Source: Lama glama
Taxonomy: Eukaryota
Direction: 5' to 3'
Length of the DNA stretch: 64,000 bases
Assembly: GCA_028534125.1 (NCBI GenBank)
Contig: CM052816.1
Span: forward strand, 43,154,001-43,218,000
The translations under genes and the position numbers were made by a program. Below the pieces are notes generated by a model. That model was not told the DNA's origin and did no database searches. It saw nothing but the letters and a program-made list of their open reading frames with translations. The first letter of the stretch is position 1. Each line of letters starts with the position of its first letter. Shown in pieces: positions 1 to 14,900 of the stretch.

Positions 1-178
1 AGTCTGTATTCTCTGTCCATGAGTCCATTTCTGTCCTGTATTTATGCTTTGTTTTTGTTTGTTTGTTTGTTTTTGTTTTTTAGATTCCACATATGAGCGA
101 TCTCATATGGTATTTTTCTTTCTCTTTCTGGCTTACTTCACTTAGAATGACATTCTCTAGGAGCATCCATGTTGCTGC
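1..178 (-). mobile_element. L1 fragment (ORF2 C-terminus and start of 3' UTR), truncated by the gap
   Basis: The minus strand encodes AATWMLLENVILSEVSQKEKEKYHMRSLICGI*, typical of the L1 ORF2p C-terminus. Confidence 0.9.
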
Positions 179-278
179 NNNNNNNNNNNNNNNNNNNNNN
201 NNNNNNNNNNNNNNNNNNNNNNNNNNNNNNNNNNNNNNNNNNNNNNNNNNNNNNNNNNNNNNNNNNNNNNNNNNNNNN
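179..278. other. Assembly gap (100 N)
   Basis: Run of exactly 100 N, the usual placeholder for a gap of unknown size. Confidence 0.99.
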
Positions 279-1028
279 GCTGACAGACCATTATTAACTG
301 ATATCATCTCCACAGACTATGGAAGAGAAAATTCAGCCATAATGCTAATCTCTGAAAACACTAGTCTTTATCTGTGAACAGAGGGAAAATCTGTTGGTTC
401 TTAGCTCTCCTTTAGTCATACATTGGTCACTTGGGCCTGGTTGGCAGTTTCCCTTTTGTATTTATATATATATATATAATGAGTCACAAAGTTTTACTGA
501 TCCTTCCTTTGTGAGGACTCATTCCATCCCTTCCTTTCCATTCACTCTGCCATCACTCTAAGGAGGTAGGAATGAAAAGGCTGGGACAGACAGGCTGTTG
601 ACAGAATAAAGGAGTTGGTGACTGTGAGAAGAAAGCAGGGAGGATTCCACTGAGGTCGAGTAGCATGGATTTATAACAGGCCCGTTGGACTTGGTGTCAA
701 GACAGTCCTTCGGAATAGACAAAGTAAGTCTCCTCACACACTACTGCCGCTCTGTCTTTATGTGTTAACACCCTTATGAAATTGCATACACATTAAAGGC
801 CAGGATCATGGCTTACTTCTTATCACCCTTACATCTTCACTGCCAGCACAGAGCCTAGTGGGAACAGAGTAATCTATTCTCCTGTATGTTTTTTTCCCAT
901 CCATATAGAGCATATTTAGGACCATCACAGATATTTAAGATTTTTAGTTATACCATTATCAGCAGGTAGAAACTCTGTTATCTCTCTTCCTATTTTGTTT
1001 TTCCAATTCTTTCACTGTGACATAGAAC

Positions 1029-1153
1029 TAGGGAGACCAGGTGGCTGGGTTTTCTCTGGATAGTCCCTATGTAGATCTGTTCTCCCAATACAGTTACTAA
1101 CAATACCTTTCTTCACTCTCAAAGCTGTGTACAGTAGATTCTATGGTGACTTA
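1029..1153 (+). mobile_element. MER94-like hAT-Blackjack MITE
   Basis: Degenerate termini tagggagacca...tggtgactta and internal cttcactctcaaa resemble the recalled MER94 consensus. Confidence 0.55.
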
Positions 1154-1624
1154 CAGAGTCATATATATGTATAGAAAAGTGCTAAATATGTATTAGTCTT
1201 TTAACTGTAAGTATAAAGAGCACACTTCTGTAACTACTACCCTAGCCAAGAAGTGGAACACTGCCAGCCGCTGGAAGTCTGTTTTCCAATCACAACTCTC
1301 TCTTCCTTAGAGTTAACTACTGTCCTGCTTTTAATGATAACCATTTTCCCACTTTGTAAACTAATGAAAGCTAAATTATTAAAGCCAGAAATGGCCTACA
1401 TGATTTCCTTCCAATGATTATTCTTTTATTTATTTTATATACTTTAAGTGTGGGTAATTTCATATTTATGTTACTAATAGATATCTTTGAAAGTATATTT
1501 ATAATTTAATATATGACTACATGGTTGTAAGTAATCATTCTGAAGATAAAGGTTGTGTTTTTATTATTTATCTTTTGCCCTCAGATTGAATGGGCAAGAC
1601 ACAACTCTTGGCCTCAGGAATTTG

Positions 1625-2560
1625 ATTATCTAATAAGCAATTACAATACAAACCGTTCAGTGCAAAAATGAGAACATGCACAGGATGTGGTTGTGGGACA
1701 TTACTTAGCCTTGGGGATGATAGGGAGAATGTTCCCTCGAAGGTGATGTTTCATTTGAGTCCTGGAGATAAGTAGGAATTATGTGGGTGAAGGTGGTGGG
1801 TAAAGTAAAGGCAGAGCACACACAGGTCAGTTTCCAAACAACACCAACAAGAATAGCCCAGAGATAAGAAAAGTATGGTGCAGTTAGACTACTGCAAGTT
1901 GTTCTCTGCAATTGGAACACAGAGAGTGTTCTCTGTAGTCTCTCATGGTGGAAAAAGGGTGTCTTTTGGATCATTGTATTTTGCAGATACATTTCAAGCC
2001 AGAAGCCAGATCATATAAGACCTCAGTGTCAAGCTGTTTGAATGTGATGTTGAGAAATAAAAACACTCTGCAGGGTTCTAAGGAGGGAGTGGGTCATAGG
2101 GTGACATGATCACATCTGCATCTTTGAAAAGTTGTGCTCACTACAAAGTTAGAGAATTTAAACGGGCAACCCTAGAGGCAGAGAAACTGGGCCGGAGATC
2201 ATTGTAGTCACCTACTTGCAAAAGGCTGGTGGCTCAAGCTTAGCCAGAGGAAATGAGAATGGAGAGAAGTGCATGGCTTTAAGAGACAGTTGGAGACAGA
2301 ATCAACAGGATTTTAATAATTGATGATATATGGAATTTGAGGAAGAGAGAAATAAAAAATGATACTCAGATTTCAGCCGGAGGTGGGAAGCAAAGAATGA
2401 CACAGGTTTATAGAGGACGTTTTTAGCAGTGTTGAATTTGGTTGAGTTTAAAGTGTCTGTAGGGCATTTGAAAGGATATAACCTTGAGTCTGGAGCTCAG
2501 GAGAATAATTTAGGGCAGAGATAGACATTAGGAAACAATAGGTTTTAGGTGGCAAGAGAA
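1625..2560 (-). mobile_element. L2 (LINE2) fossil
   Basis: Purine-rich diagnostic phrases such as aagcaattacaataca, tgacatgatcacatctgcatctttgaaaa and gagtctggagctcaggaga. Confidence 0.7.
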
Positions 2561-3505
2561 GCCATTCATATGGACCCTAATATGATATTAAAATTTCTGA
2601 GATGGAAATTGTGAAAAACTGTGTTCATTATCTAGTACCATAACATTCTTAGAGAATCAGTTTTCTGGCATTAAAGCTTCCAATTTCATGATCTGTTTTA
2701 GTTTTTAGCAGTTTGGGTTTTTTTAGCTCTTTGGTTGTTGTGTTTTTTTCCCCATTCACATTAACCAGATTTTAGCTTTAACTACAAATGTATCAGCTAC
2801 AGAGATAAATACAATAAAATGAGGTTATTCTAGAACTTTTGGAATTAAAGCAACATTCATACATTTATTAAGATTTAGCAAGTTAGGAGAAATGTAAAAG
2901 GTCTCGAGTTTATATGTTTAGATTTCTCCCAGTTCTAGAAATAAAATATGTATGGAAAATGCTTTTAGACAAAAATGTATTTTTAAATAATGTAATAGAA
3001 AATATTTGTTGTTAACTTTTCTGCTTATTTTCGGCTTACAGAGATATTTAAAATTTTATAAATCAAATAATTTAGATGTATGTGTACTATAAGTATTTTC
3101 AGATATACATATAGAAAATGTATCTGATTTTTCTTAATATTATACTTTTTTATCATAAAATCACTGTAACTTTTTGCTATGCAATTTTAATATACTTAGA
3201 TATATTTTACTGTCTCAAATATACCCAGAATAGGCAATTTCCCCTCAAGAAGGTGCTTATTTTAAACATTTTGTTCCAGAAGATGATAGTAGCAGTTAAG
3301 TATAGCTGTAATTTACTAATGATTTAATACTAATTTATTCCCTAATTTGAATTTTCAGCGTCCTTCTTTTGTATGATTTTAATTTGGAATGAGCTATAAC
3401 TATCTTATTTCTTATGCTATGTAAGCAAGCATATAATTTAATTTTTGATTACGATGATAATAATTAGATACAGTACATAATATATGATATTTGTTTTCTT
3501 TATAG

Positions 3506-3625
3506 GAAAATGGTTCTCCTGAAGAACATGCACTCTATGTGTGGGACCATTTCATAGCCCAGTCTGCAGCTGAAAATGTATTTTTTGTTGCTCACAGCTA
3601 TGGAGGACTTGCATTTGTTGAACTG
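3506..3625 (+). CDS. FAM172A: FAM172A/ARB2A internal coding exon ([40 protein letters not shown])
   Basis: Acceptor ttgttttctttatag at 3504-3505 and donor CTG|gtaagt. Length 120 nt, phase 0/0. The peptide is recognised as FAM172A and carries the nucleophile-elbow-like AHSYGG. Confidence 0.96.
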
Positions 3626-6109
3626 GTAAGTGCACATTTCACTTTGTTTTTAATTCCAAACTCCTTACAGGTTTATCCCCTCCGTTTCCTTTTTCTTGGT
3701 ATCATTACTTTAAATTATTTTATAAAAGGTGAAAATTAAGTAGTTTGAGTAAATAATCTTACATGACTTAAAAGGAGTATGCTGCTTTACTTTATTCTGG
3801 CAGAGCTTTTCAGTGTTCCCCAGGAAGCCTTTTGCCTGTTCCTTATTGACATATTACTTTTTAATTTCTACCTCATAGCCCCACTTTCCATACATTTTAT
3901 GATATTTGTGATTCCTGTATTGTGTGTACACTGTTGAAGCATGTATTACCTGTAGAGTTTTTAAAATTTCAAGAGACCCTTTGAATGTTCGAGAATATCT
4001 TGATAATCTTTTACTGACAAAACTGTACTATGTCTACAAGTTAGTACTTGATCGGAATCTATGTAATTAGTATTAAAACTATCAGAAAGCTTCCATTAAT
4101 CTCCTTCTAAGTGGAACTCATTGCTTGGTCATAAAAATCTTTGCATTTCAAAATAATCTGACTTCTTTTAGGGTTAAGATTATGTGTATAGGATAGAAAA
4201 AATTACCAAGATTTTTCAATTTTGTCTGTATTATATACAGTATTACAATTATCATATCTTGTGCTGGCATGAATAATTAATGAGATATAATCAATACTAA
4301 AAGTGTGCTCTGTATCCATTACCCCTTATGTCACAGGAAGGTACCAGTGCTATAATAAAGTGATTAATTGGGTAAAAGTGCATTTGATCATTTTAAATTT
4401 GAATAGCCTAAAGTGGACATTAAAAGCAGGCACAGCATTGGTTGTCCAACTTTTATGTTTCTAAACTTTGCTGTGTGCTTCTCTTCGTCATGGAAATTAA
4501 GTATATTTCTGTTGCCTTTTCAGCATCTCCACACCTTACTGCTTACCCACGTGATTTAGATATAAAGTTGGTAGTGACAACTGAATACTTTAGCTGACCT
4601 AAATTTACAAATTAAGGTCAGTAAATAAGCTAAATCATTTATTTCTTAATTTCTAAAAAATAAAATGAATTTAAAGTACGTTTAACTCTGCTGAATTTTT
4701 TAATATATAATGGATATCTTAAGATAGCTCTCTAATATTCTAGTGTGATGCATCTTTTTACATGTGACTTATGTCTTTCAAATACGTCTTTCAACCACAC
4801 AGATATAGATATATACAAACATACATATATGTGTCTTATATATATGTAGCTTATGCTTTCTTTTTATAAGCCATTAAGTTACTTAAAACATGAAATTTCA
4901 TTAATTTCTAGAATACCTTAAAATATGTCTGAAGGCCTGCAAGACCATTCAAATTTCAGATTTCTGTAAAACATAAATTTTCATTTTTTTTGCTTTGATA
5001 GTTAACAAACATCTTTTGGACTTCAAATTTGGAATTTAAGTGAGTTTTGGGCAGTGTCAAAAATGAACTTAAGATGCCAGAGTAACAGATGACCAGTGTG
5101 TCAGTCCTATTTTGCCTGTCCTTCTTGTCACACACTGGTGGATATTTCTCCACTTTTGTTCCACTTTAATATAAAGCACACAGATGTTTCAGAACAAGAC
5201 TTGACTTCTGACCTTGAGGCTATTAGGGTCAGGGTCCTCAGGGCCTGTGAAATTATCACAAGCTGAGCTAAAGTTTTTCTCCATCACAGGAAGTAACCAG
5301 TAAGTAAGAAGTTAAAAAGGAGCTTTGTCAGAGAGACAAGATGGTCTCAGTAAGGGTCAGCTTCTGTAGTCTGCTGTCTCTGCAGGAGGTGCATGCATGG
5401 GAGGAGGAATATAATATAACCACTGGCACGTCACATATGTGTCAGGCAACACCAGGACTGAGAAGTCTATTTAATGTAATATACCTTGTTTGGGTTTCAA
5501 AATATTAACGGCAATTATCTCAACTTCATATATTTGCTACTTTTTGTTAGGTAACTTTGATTCGAGTATGTAAAGGGGGCATACAGATGGTGGCAACTAA
5601 AGAAAAAGGAGTTTATGACCTATTGAAAAGTATTCCTCTAAACAGATAACACTGTACACTGATAAGTTTTACATACATTTTTGACAAAGCTTGATTAATA
5701 TATTTAAGGCCATTATGTTTCTACTTAATTTCAGAAAGATTTTTAAAATATAGCTTTGATTAAACAACAGAAAAAACATTGAAATATGTTTAAACTTTTT
5801 GCTTTACCCTAAAGCTGAATAATATTCTTTTCTAGTCTCCTCAATGTTCTTAGGGGAAAAGTCATGGTGTTTAAAATGTTGACAAATATTCATTCTCTCA
5901 GGATATTTCAACATAGGTATATTATATGAAATTGTTTTATGTGGATTCAAAATTTTAATATTAACTTGTAAGAAAGTAAATTATGAACATCCTAACTTAT
6001 GGTTTAGTCTTTTTGTCTCATCAGGGATGTGTATAATCTTTGTATTTTAGTCAATTTTAACTTTTTAAAAATTATCATAAAGTTATACTCCTGATTAAAG
6101 ATTCTCTCT

Positions 6110-6129
6110 ACACACACACACACACACAC
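6110..6129. repeat. (AC)n microsatellite
   Basis: About 10 AC units. Confidence 0.9.
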
Positions 6130-9100
6130 CCGCCCGCCTTATAGATAGAATAGTTCTAATTTGTAGCATCATGTTAAAATACATGGAGATTGCTTTTCTA
6201 TAATTCTCATTCAATTTTACATTCTTTTTTTAGGCCATAAATTTTAAGACAATTTATTTTAAATGTAAATTGTGTGGCTAGTACAGTTTCAATATTACAT
6301 GTAATTACTTACAGTGCTTATTGTTTAAAAACAGGTATCAGTCAGGACCTATGCTAAAATGTATCTTGCCATTTATAAAATTTAAAATTATGTATAATTG
6401 TAGTTTAAAATTAAAGGTACTACTAATAGATATCTGAAAAATTACTTTTAAATTTAGAGCACAAAGCAGTTGTAGAGCTTTCATATTTTGCTAATTGTTG
6501 TTTTTGTAAATGGAAAACATAATTTATGATTATATCCTATCTTGAAGTGTTGAATTCCTCCTGAAGAGTACATTGTAGTTAAGAGACTTATTTTCAAAAC
6601 CAGTGTTCATTTTATGGTAGTAAATGAACCTGATCATGTCCAAACTCATAAAAACAGTATACAGTTGACTATAATAATGAGAAAAGTGATACTAAAAATA
6701 TGCCTTTCATTGCTTCGATTCTCATCATATGTTAACAACTCGAGTTTCTAATTCTCTAGGCTTTCTGTGATCCTAGTAAAAATAGATGTTGATAAGACAG
6801 CTCTGGTAACAATTCCAACATTCAGCCATTAAAGCAAAAGGGAAGAACTATTTATTTTATGAAATGATAATGAATTTTAAAAGTAGTATATCTATCTTAT
6901 GTTAGCTTTTCTGTATATTTAAAATAATGCCAATATGTAAAGTTACTGTTATTAAACCATCATTTACAAAGCCTTACATTTCTAAGAAATTCTGTTTTCT
7001 ATATGATAGAATTAGTAGTCATAATTATAGTCATTTACCAAATTCATTTAGAAAGCTAAGTAGTGCAGCTTACTTTTTGCCTCATATTAGTTGTTACAAA
7101 TTTAAACTCATTTGCTGGAAATTAACTGTCATTAAAAAAGAATGCAGTTTTTAAGCTTTTTCATCATCTCTTTCACCAGCCACTTTATGAAGTGACTCCA
7201 ATGCTTCCATTGTTGGTCATTTCAGAGTGCCTTTGCTCTAGTCTTTCTAGATGATGATTAGTTTGAGAAAATCATGCAAGCTTAGGATTTTCTTTTATTT
7301 GGAAATGAGTTAGCTTTCCTTGTCAATGCCTTCCAATCTCAACTCACCTTATCTTCCCTGTTTGCAGTGCTCGATACATCAATTTGCATTCAGATTTCTT
7401 TCCTTAGTCAAAGTGAGAGGATTGATATTTTTTATAGAACACAGCAATTCTAGCAAATATATTTCATTAGCTTATTGAATCATCTTAGCTGACATAAAAT
7501 TAGTATTTTTCTTATTACTTTTATTTCCTTTTCCAAGTTATTAGTGGTATGTTCACAGCCATCGTTAAAAACATCTCTTAGAAATGTGTGAAAACTGTTC
7601 CTTTTGAAAGTGTATCTCTACCCACTTTTGATTTTGGTTTCTCCATGCTTGTCAGCACTTGATTGGCACCTCACTTGCATGTGAATTAAGGAACGAAGGG
7701 AACTCTATTTTCTTTCCATTGTTCCATGCTGGGCTCCCTAGCCTCCAGGCAGTCTAAGCTGACCTTCAGTGGCTGATAGAGGACTATTTTTTGGATTTAG
7801 CTGTGTGAGGACACTCAACTTCAGTCTACACTGAGTTGGTCTTTATAAATTGCCTAGAGCGTGATTTGGATTTACACTGAAAAGAAAGTGGAATGGGACT
7901 AAAAGCATTAGTTTTTACCTTTAGTGACATCAGTTAACTGTGACCTTAAAGAAGCATCATTTACATTTTGTCTACAAAGAACAAAGTAAATTGGATATTG
8001 GTAGGATATCTGCTTAATGTGATCAATGGGAATAGCTAAAAAGGGGCTGCTGGGAATCAAGAATGAGGAGAGGTAGATTAAAGGTGGATAAACCAAAGAA
8101 AAATTGTTCAAAACAGTTAGGCCCAAAACACTTCTTACAAATCTGCTTTAAAATGTAAGTAATTCAATAAAAATAAGTCATCATTTGAATATAACTTGAA
8201 TTTCTGCATTGGCTGCCTAAATGATACAAATAGTATATTAATGCATGAGATGATTACAATTTGTTGTATAGAATGCTATCTTAATTCTCTGGTTGTTTTA
8301 TATGAAAACAATGCAGTTTCTCTATTTTGTATGCTCTTTAGAGAGAAACCAGAGTTTATATTTTTCTTGCCTCCTATATTCAATTTTGTTTAATCCTTTG
8401 CATATAGTATAGATACTATATTTTGATTGTTAACAGTAATTTTAGAAGTTAGTTGCAAGAGTCCAAGTAAGATCCGATGAAAAGCTTTACCAACATGGAA
8501 GTAGTGGGAATGGTAAAGAAAAAGCACACATTAGATGTTAAGAAGACAAATTCTCTGTGGCTTAGTGACATTGGATCTGGAAACTGAATGAAGAGCAAGA
8601 AGGTTTAATATCCTTCCCCATACACACCTACAGAAGCATATTGAAGTCAATATGAAGGGAATCCAAGCACAACAGATAATGAATAATAAACAGTGCTTAT
8701 GCAGGTATGTAGATATTTGTGGAAAATGTTTGCATATACTGGATATTTAATAATTGTGCTTAATAGAATAAATGGTATATCAAGTCAGAGTTTAGAAAGG
8801 AGAGATTTATACAGATGTAATGTGTTAAGCACCACAGGGGTTAACTATGTATTGAGTTTTGTTTTGTTTTTTACTTTTACTCAAATGATTTTTAACATGT
8901 ATTAGGAGGTCCCACTGTTTAAAAGAATGACTCAGTCTGTTAATTTTTGTTAACCCGTCTCCTTTTGTCCCATATCTAACCAACCAACACATTTTGTCAG
9001 GTTTGTTTTTTTTTTTAATATTGATCATGTATTTTCCTCTCTCTCTGCCCACTGTTGTTAATTTCATCATTTCATAGCTGTATCAGTGCACTCTTACACC

Positions 9101-10394
9101 CAATTTCCTACTGCCTCTCTTTACTCTCCATTCCATCCTGTATACCACACCATAGTTGGTATTACTTATCATACTCACCCCTTTTAGCTTGCCATTCCAC
9201 AATCATATTGGCTCCCTATTGTCGCTTGCATCACCTTTCTTCTCTGTGACTTGACAACCATCTGTATAATCTGATTATCTCTTTCCAACATTATTTTTCC
9301 CAATAGAAATTCTCAGTTCTAGTCTAATTTCCTTACTGCCATTGTTCCAGTGCACTGTACCTCTACCCATGGCCTCCAAGCCCAGTGTACTAGAAGAACA
9401 TGAAACTTGGAAAAAGATGACCTGGGTTTGAATTTTCGTTCTGATACCTACAAATTATAAATTGACTCACATTTTTTATGTGTGTCCTCCTCTGTAAGTA
9501 CCCACTTCACACAGGCAGAGTTTGGGGGTAAAATTAGAAAATTCCTGTTTATTAGGAATTAAGTCATTCTTGAACATGAGTCTAAATGCCCATAGTATAC
9601 GCTCATTTTCATTTTTGCTATTTTGCATTTCCCTTTCCCAAGTAAAAGAATTTTCTTCCTTACTAGATATTTCATAATGTATTCTCAATTGTCTCCTTTT
9701 TTTCTGTAGAATTTGTTTTACAATTTAAAACTTTACTAATTAGTTTTATTTTTAAATTATCTTTTATCTCTAAATCTTGCCCAAATCATCTGGAAACACT
9801 TTGAGGATAAAGAGTCTAACATAGATTTTATTCCCCCACCCCAAGTTTGGAAAGAATATGTATCACAACAACATGAGCAGTCTTAAATATCTGCACAGTT
9901 AATTGACTATTACGTAGAGTTTAAGCATTAACAGTAACTTTTACTAATTAAACTTATTCATCCTTCCTACCCTTTATTTGAATATTGACTAACTTGGGAA
10001 TTCTGCCTAATCAGTTATTTCATATGAGACAGTATTATCCTTTTTGTTCCTGGTGTTAGTCTCTTATAATCCCCTCTCTGCTAGTGTGCCCAGACCTTAG
10101 GTTGACTGAGAAGATTGCCTCTCTATGATTCACTCTTCAAAGTATGGTCTTCTCAATCAAAAGATAAAGTTATTAAGCTAAGTTATAATTGCCTTCTCAT
10201 AATGTTATATAGAAGGATATGGAGTAAGTCTGGGAAGCTCCCTGCTTTATCCTCAATTATGAATTTAACACTACTTTTTTTTTTAATAATTAACTTACTT
10301 TTGCTTGTTTCCATTTTTTAACTTTTAAAAACTTTTGAGATACAATGTCATATCTTCACTGAGATATAATTGGGATTTATTGAGTTTTAGTAAG

Positions 10395-11905
10395 GAATAA
10401 TTGACATACTAAAAATTTTAATTTTTAAGTGTACAATTCAATCATTTTTAATATTTTCACAGAATGGTAAAATTGTACAACCATCACAACTATCTAATTT
10501 TTAGAACATTTTCCTCACTGAAAAAGAAACTCCATACCCATTAGTGATCGCTCCTCATACTTAACAATCCCACCAGCAATATATGAGGGTTCCAGTTTCT
10601 CTGCACTCACTAATACTTATTGTCTTTTGTTTTTACTTCTGCTATACTAGTTTGGGTGAAATGGTATCTTGTGGCTTTTCTTTGCATTTGCCTATTACTA
10701 ATTATTTTGAGCATCTTTTGATGTGTTATTGGCTGTTTGTATATATTTTTGGAGAAATGTCAATTAAAACCTTTTGTCCATTTTTAATTATGTTGTCATT
10801 TTACTATTGAGTCATAAGGGTTCTTTATGTATTCTGAATGCATGATTTCACTGGGTATCAGATACATGATTTGCAAATATTTTCTCCCATTTTGTGGGTT
10901 ATATTTTCACTTATTTGATGATGCCCCTTGAAGTACAGAAGTGTTTTGTTTTGATGAAGTCCAACTTATCAAGTTTTTGTTTTGGTCACTGGAGTTAATT
11001 TTTGTACCTTGTGTAAAGTAGGAATCCAGTGTAATTCTTTTAAATGTGACTATTCAGTTGTCTCAGAACCATTTGTCAATAAGACTATTCTTTCCCCTTC
11101 CATTTGTCTTAGCTCCCTGGACTATAAATACAAGGGTTTTCTTCTGGACTCTCAGTTCTCTTCCGCTTATCTGTATGCTTATCTTTATATAATACCACAC
11201 TGTCTTTGATTAGTGTAGCTTTGTAGTATGTTTTGAAATCCAGAAGTATGGCTCTTCCAACTTTATTCTTCTTCTCAAAGATTGTTTTGGCTATCGTAGA
11301 TCCCTTGTATCTTTATATACATTTTAGGATCAATTTGTCAATTTGTGCAAAAAAGGGAGCTGGAATTTTGATCAGGATTAATTCTGTGGATTAATTTGGG
11401 GAATATTCCCATCTTAATAATGTCTTCCAGTCCTTGAACATGGGCTTTATTTCTGTTTATGTAGATCTTCTTTCAAAAATGTTTTGTTGTTTTCAGTGTG
11501 CAGATCTTACACTTATTCAATTTTATTCCTTAGCTTTTTATTCTTTCTGATGCCCATCTAAGTGAAATTGTTTTCTTAATTTTATTTTCAGATTGTTCAT
11601 TGATAGTGTATAGAAATACACTTGATTTTCATATCTTGATCTTCTATTGTGAAACCATTAGTCCTAATAGTTTTTGTGTGTTTCTGTATGTGATTTCCTT
11701 AGGGTTTTCAATGTTCAAGGTCATACAATCTGTGAATAAAAATAGTTTCAATTTTTCTTTTCCAATCTGAATTTTTGTTTGTTTGTTTTTTGCCTAATTG
11801 TCCTGTCTAGTATAGTTATGCATAGAAGTAGATAGAGTGGACATCTTTTGCTCCTGACCTAAAGGAAAAGGCATTCATTTTATCACCATGAAGTATGATG
11901 TAAAT
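10395..11905 (-). mobile_element. Old L1M fragment (3' end plus part of ORF2), internally deleted
   Basis: T-rich antisense L1 phrases: taagtgtacaattca, ttgtacaaccatcac, atttgcaaatattttctcccatt, ttttgatgaagtccaa, gtagctttgtagtatgttttgaaatc. Confidence 0.88.
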
Positions 11906-14900
11906 TGTGATTATTTCCATTCTTGATAGATCATTTCTACTAAGGCCCTAATCTGCTCCTTAATGTTTATATCTCTCAGTCACATCAAGATCAGTTTGGT
12001 CAGAAGGCTGAAATGGAGAAAGAATTCACTAATATGTTATAAAATCTTTTCATAGAGTAAAGAATCCACATTACTCCATTGGAATTACCTTTGGAGGAGG
12101 CTTTGTCAGTATCCACATAGATGGGCCACATCCAGGTCTTACTGCCCTGCGTCTGTGCAGCTGAGAGATCGGGCACTCTGTCTCTTAATTCAGCAAAGAC
12201 TGTCAGGAAGTCACTGTCTGCTAAAGTTTGTGCAATAACATGTTGAGGAGAACCCAGAGAAGTTGACAAGTTAATTTCTGAGGTATAAATCTTTCTGTAA
12301 GAAATACTTCTTTTTCCACTGATTTATAAAAGATCTTAGTGAGAGATTTTCTATTTTACTGCAGATCTGAGAGCATGATTGACTATTGTAAACCTTTTAT
12401 AAGAGGGATTATAGAAAAACACATTTAATTTAATAATGGAGCTGTTTTTAACTATTCTTAAAGCCTCATGATGATCACTCAGTGTAAGCGCTCCCTCATA
12501 TGAGATTCCCAGCCTCAGTGACACCTCTGATTTGACATCATAAGTTACACAGAGCTCTTAGAAGACAAAAAATTTTGCAGTCAAAACCATTTAACTTCTA
12601 TCTTATAAGTTAGACCTCAATTTTTATTGAATAATTTAATGATTAACACAGGGGAGCCAGGTAGACTGAGACTTGAAGCACACTAGATCCTTGTTAGGGT
12701 AAAGCTTGAGAGAACAAGATGGAAGCCAGATCTGGGCAAAAGTCTTATTACTAGAGGTGAGGATGGGTTCAGGAAGAGCTAATTCAGCTGGAGACCTTGG
12801 ATTTGGAGGGAGTAGCATGTGAACTATCACTAGGTAGGTATCTGTAGAGCATGGTGAACTCATGTTTGAATCAGGAGATATAATCTGATGGCAGGGAACA
12901 AAAAAATCAAGGCATGAGTGATAACTGAGCAAACACAATGTAGTCATTGGTTCTTAGAGTACCTCTTCTTCCCAACCAAACTCCACTCCACTGCTTTATA
13001 GGGAAGGAAGGAAGGGGCTGAGGGGGAGTGGGGGCCATGAAAAAAAAAAACCAGGATCCAGCAAAGGGGAAAGGGTGAACAAAGCAGGCAAGTTGTAAGG
13101 CTTCAGCCATTGACTGGGGGTTTAAAAATGTTATTTTTTTCCTGAGGAGAAGAGGTTCAAGTAGGCAGGAAAAAAACAGAAGGACTGTGAAATGATGAAT
13201 CAAGGCAGAAGTCCAATCTATGTGACTTTTAAGTCAGAATGAGATAGAGTAAAATACTGCATCCTGAGGTCATGTAGATACCTAGGGCTTATCCTTGGTT
13301 GTCAGGTTTCTATGGCAATGAAAGAGATGGCGTAGAAAGAGCTATCATTTTTCCTGCTCTTTGGCTGTGAGATGATACACTGTGGGTCTAAAGGTTTCTT
13401 TGGGCCCAGAGAAACAAAGTGATCTTTCTACTGTGATCTTAACTTTTAGAGTTGGGGACTTTTAATCCCCAACTCACCTCCTATTTTTTGTTATGGGTTT
13501 TCCAAACTTTTTCATTGAGTGAATTTAGATCACTGTGAAGCCACCTGGACCATATAAGTTTGACATTATAGAAATTTTGGAGTTAGGATTGAATATTATG
13601 ACCTCAAAAAAGAAATAGTACCAAAAACTATCAAAGATATTTATTCAGTTCAACACCCTACTCTGTAAAAGTACTGGGGAGGCAGATTAAAACACATGAT
13701 TCCGGGCCCAAAGAAGGTTATGCTCTAACTAGGAAACACATTTAAACAAAGAGTAATGTAGTAAGATAATTGAGAAGTGAGACTTTAGCCAAGAGGTTGT
13801 TACCTTCCCCAATATAAAGACCCCTACAGTAAATTTGTCTTAGAGTTAAGTCTTAGCAAGAATTATTTCTGTTGATAAACTGATAAAGTCTGTCAGAAAG
13901 TAAAAACTCCATAATGCATTTTTACCTTTGTCTCTGTAATCCCAGAGCCATAGTTAGTTTTCCATTTCATGTGTTACCCTCAGCCTCAATCTCTTATTCA
14001 GTGTCTTAATTCATAGTTATCTTTTATTTTACATGTCCTCAGAGTCCTTTTCTTAATTGACAGAAGAAATACAGCAAATCCATTATTTTCTCTGGTTTCT
14101 GCTGTGCTGCCTAGTCCTGCTGGACCTATAATACTACTCAGAAAATAGTTTTTGATCCTAGATTTATATAGAGATAAGTTGTCAGAAGCAGATCTCAGGT
14201 GGTGCTGTATTGGTTCAGAATGAAGAAAGTAGGTCTGGGCATTTGTGTAGAGAGCCACGAGATAGAACAAAGTGATGGATGAGAGAGCAAAGCTGATCAA
14301 CAAGCACATGTAGAGCCAGTGTGCTTTAGTGTGTAGGAGGTACAAGTTTGTGACCCTGAAGTTTTGGGCACTTAGAAGGACCATTAATGGAAATTGATCA
14401 GTGAATGCAGAAAATCGACTAAGAAGATATTAAAATCTCTAATCTAACCTAACCCTAACCCAAAGCTTAGTTTTCTATGATTAAGTTGAGTAAGTTAAAT
14501 CTCATATCCTCCAGAAATTAGTTTGCCTATTTATTTATGTATTAGTATATTCAGATTTCTTCCAAGTTTTCCATCCCTTATTTGAATTTTTCTCATAAAT
14601 AAGTTTATTAAGGACATTAGTATACAGTAAAAATTGCTATTTAATATTTTAGTGACAATTTTATAATTGAGTCAAATGATTAAAAAGTGTTCTAATTTTT
14701 CATATGCCTAGCTTATGTCTAAATATCCATAAATCTTGATATCTAACTTTTAACATCTTATCTCCAAATTTCTTTACTACATTAATCAGACATCTGGATT
14801 AGAAAAAAACTTGTTTATCTTTCTAAAGGAGAGGCACTGGGCAGAAAGATAGAGTACACTTAGTTTTCTCCTACAGAAGAAATTTCCTATCTTGACTTCT

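Noticed and set aside
3626..3739. Read-through of ORF 3539..3739 beyond VEL
   Set aside because: A consensus gtaagt donor lies at 3626; the extension is intronic. The same applies to ORF 48439..48666 outside the exon.
12640..13220. Purine-rich block, possibly an old LTR or LINE, with ORFs of 103 and 98 aa
   Set aside because: No family-diagnostic motif or termini that I could identify; the ORFs show no homology.
13306..13319. RFX X-box-like GTTTCTATGGCAAT
   Set aside because: Single imperfect motif with no supporting context.
14439..14462. Telomere-like ctaacc/taaccc repeats
   Set aside because: Only two to three imperfect units; too short to call an interstitial telomere.
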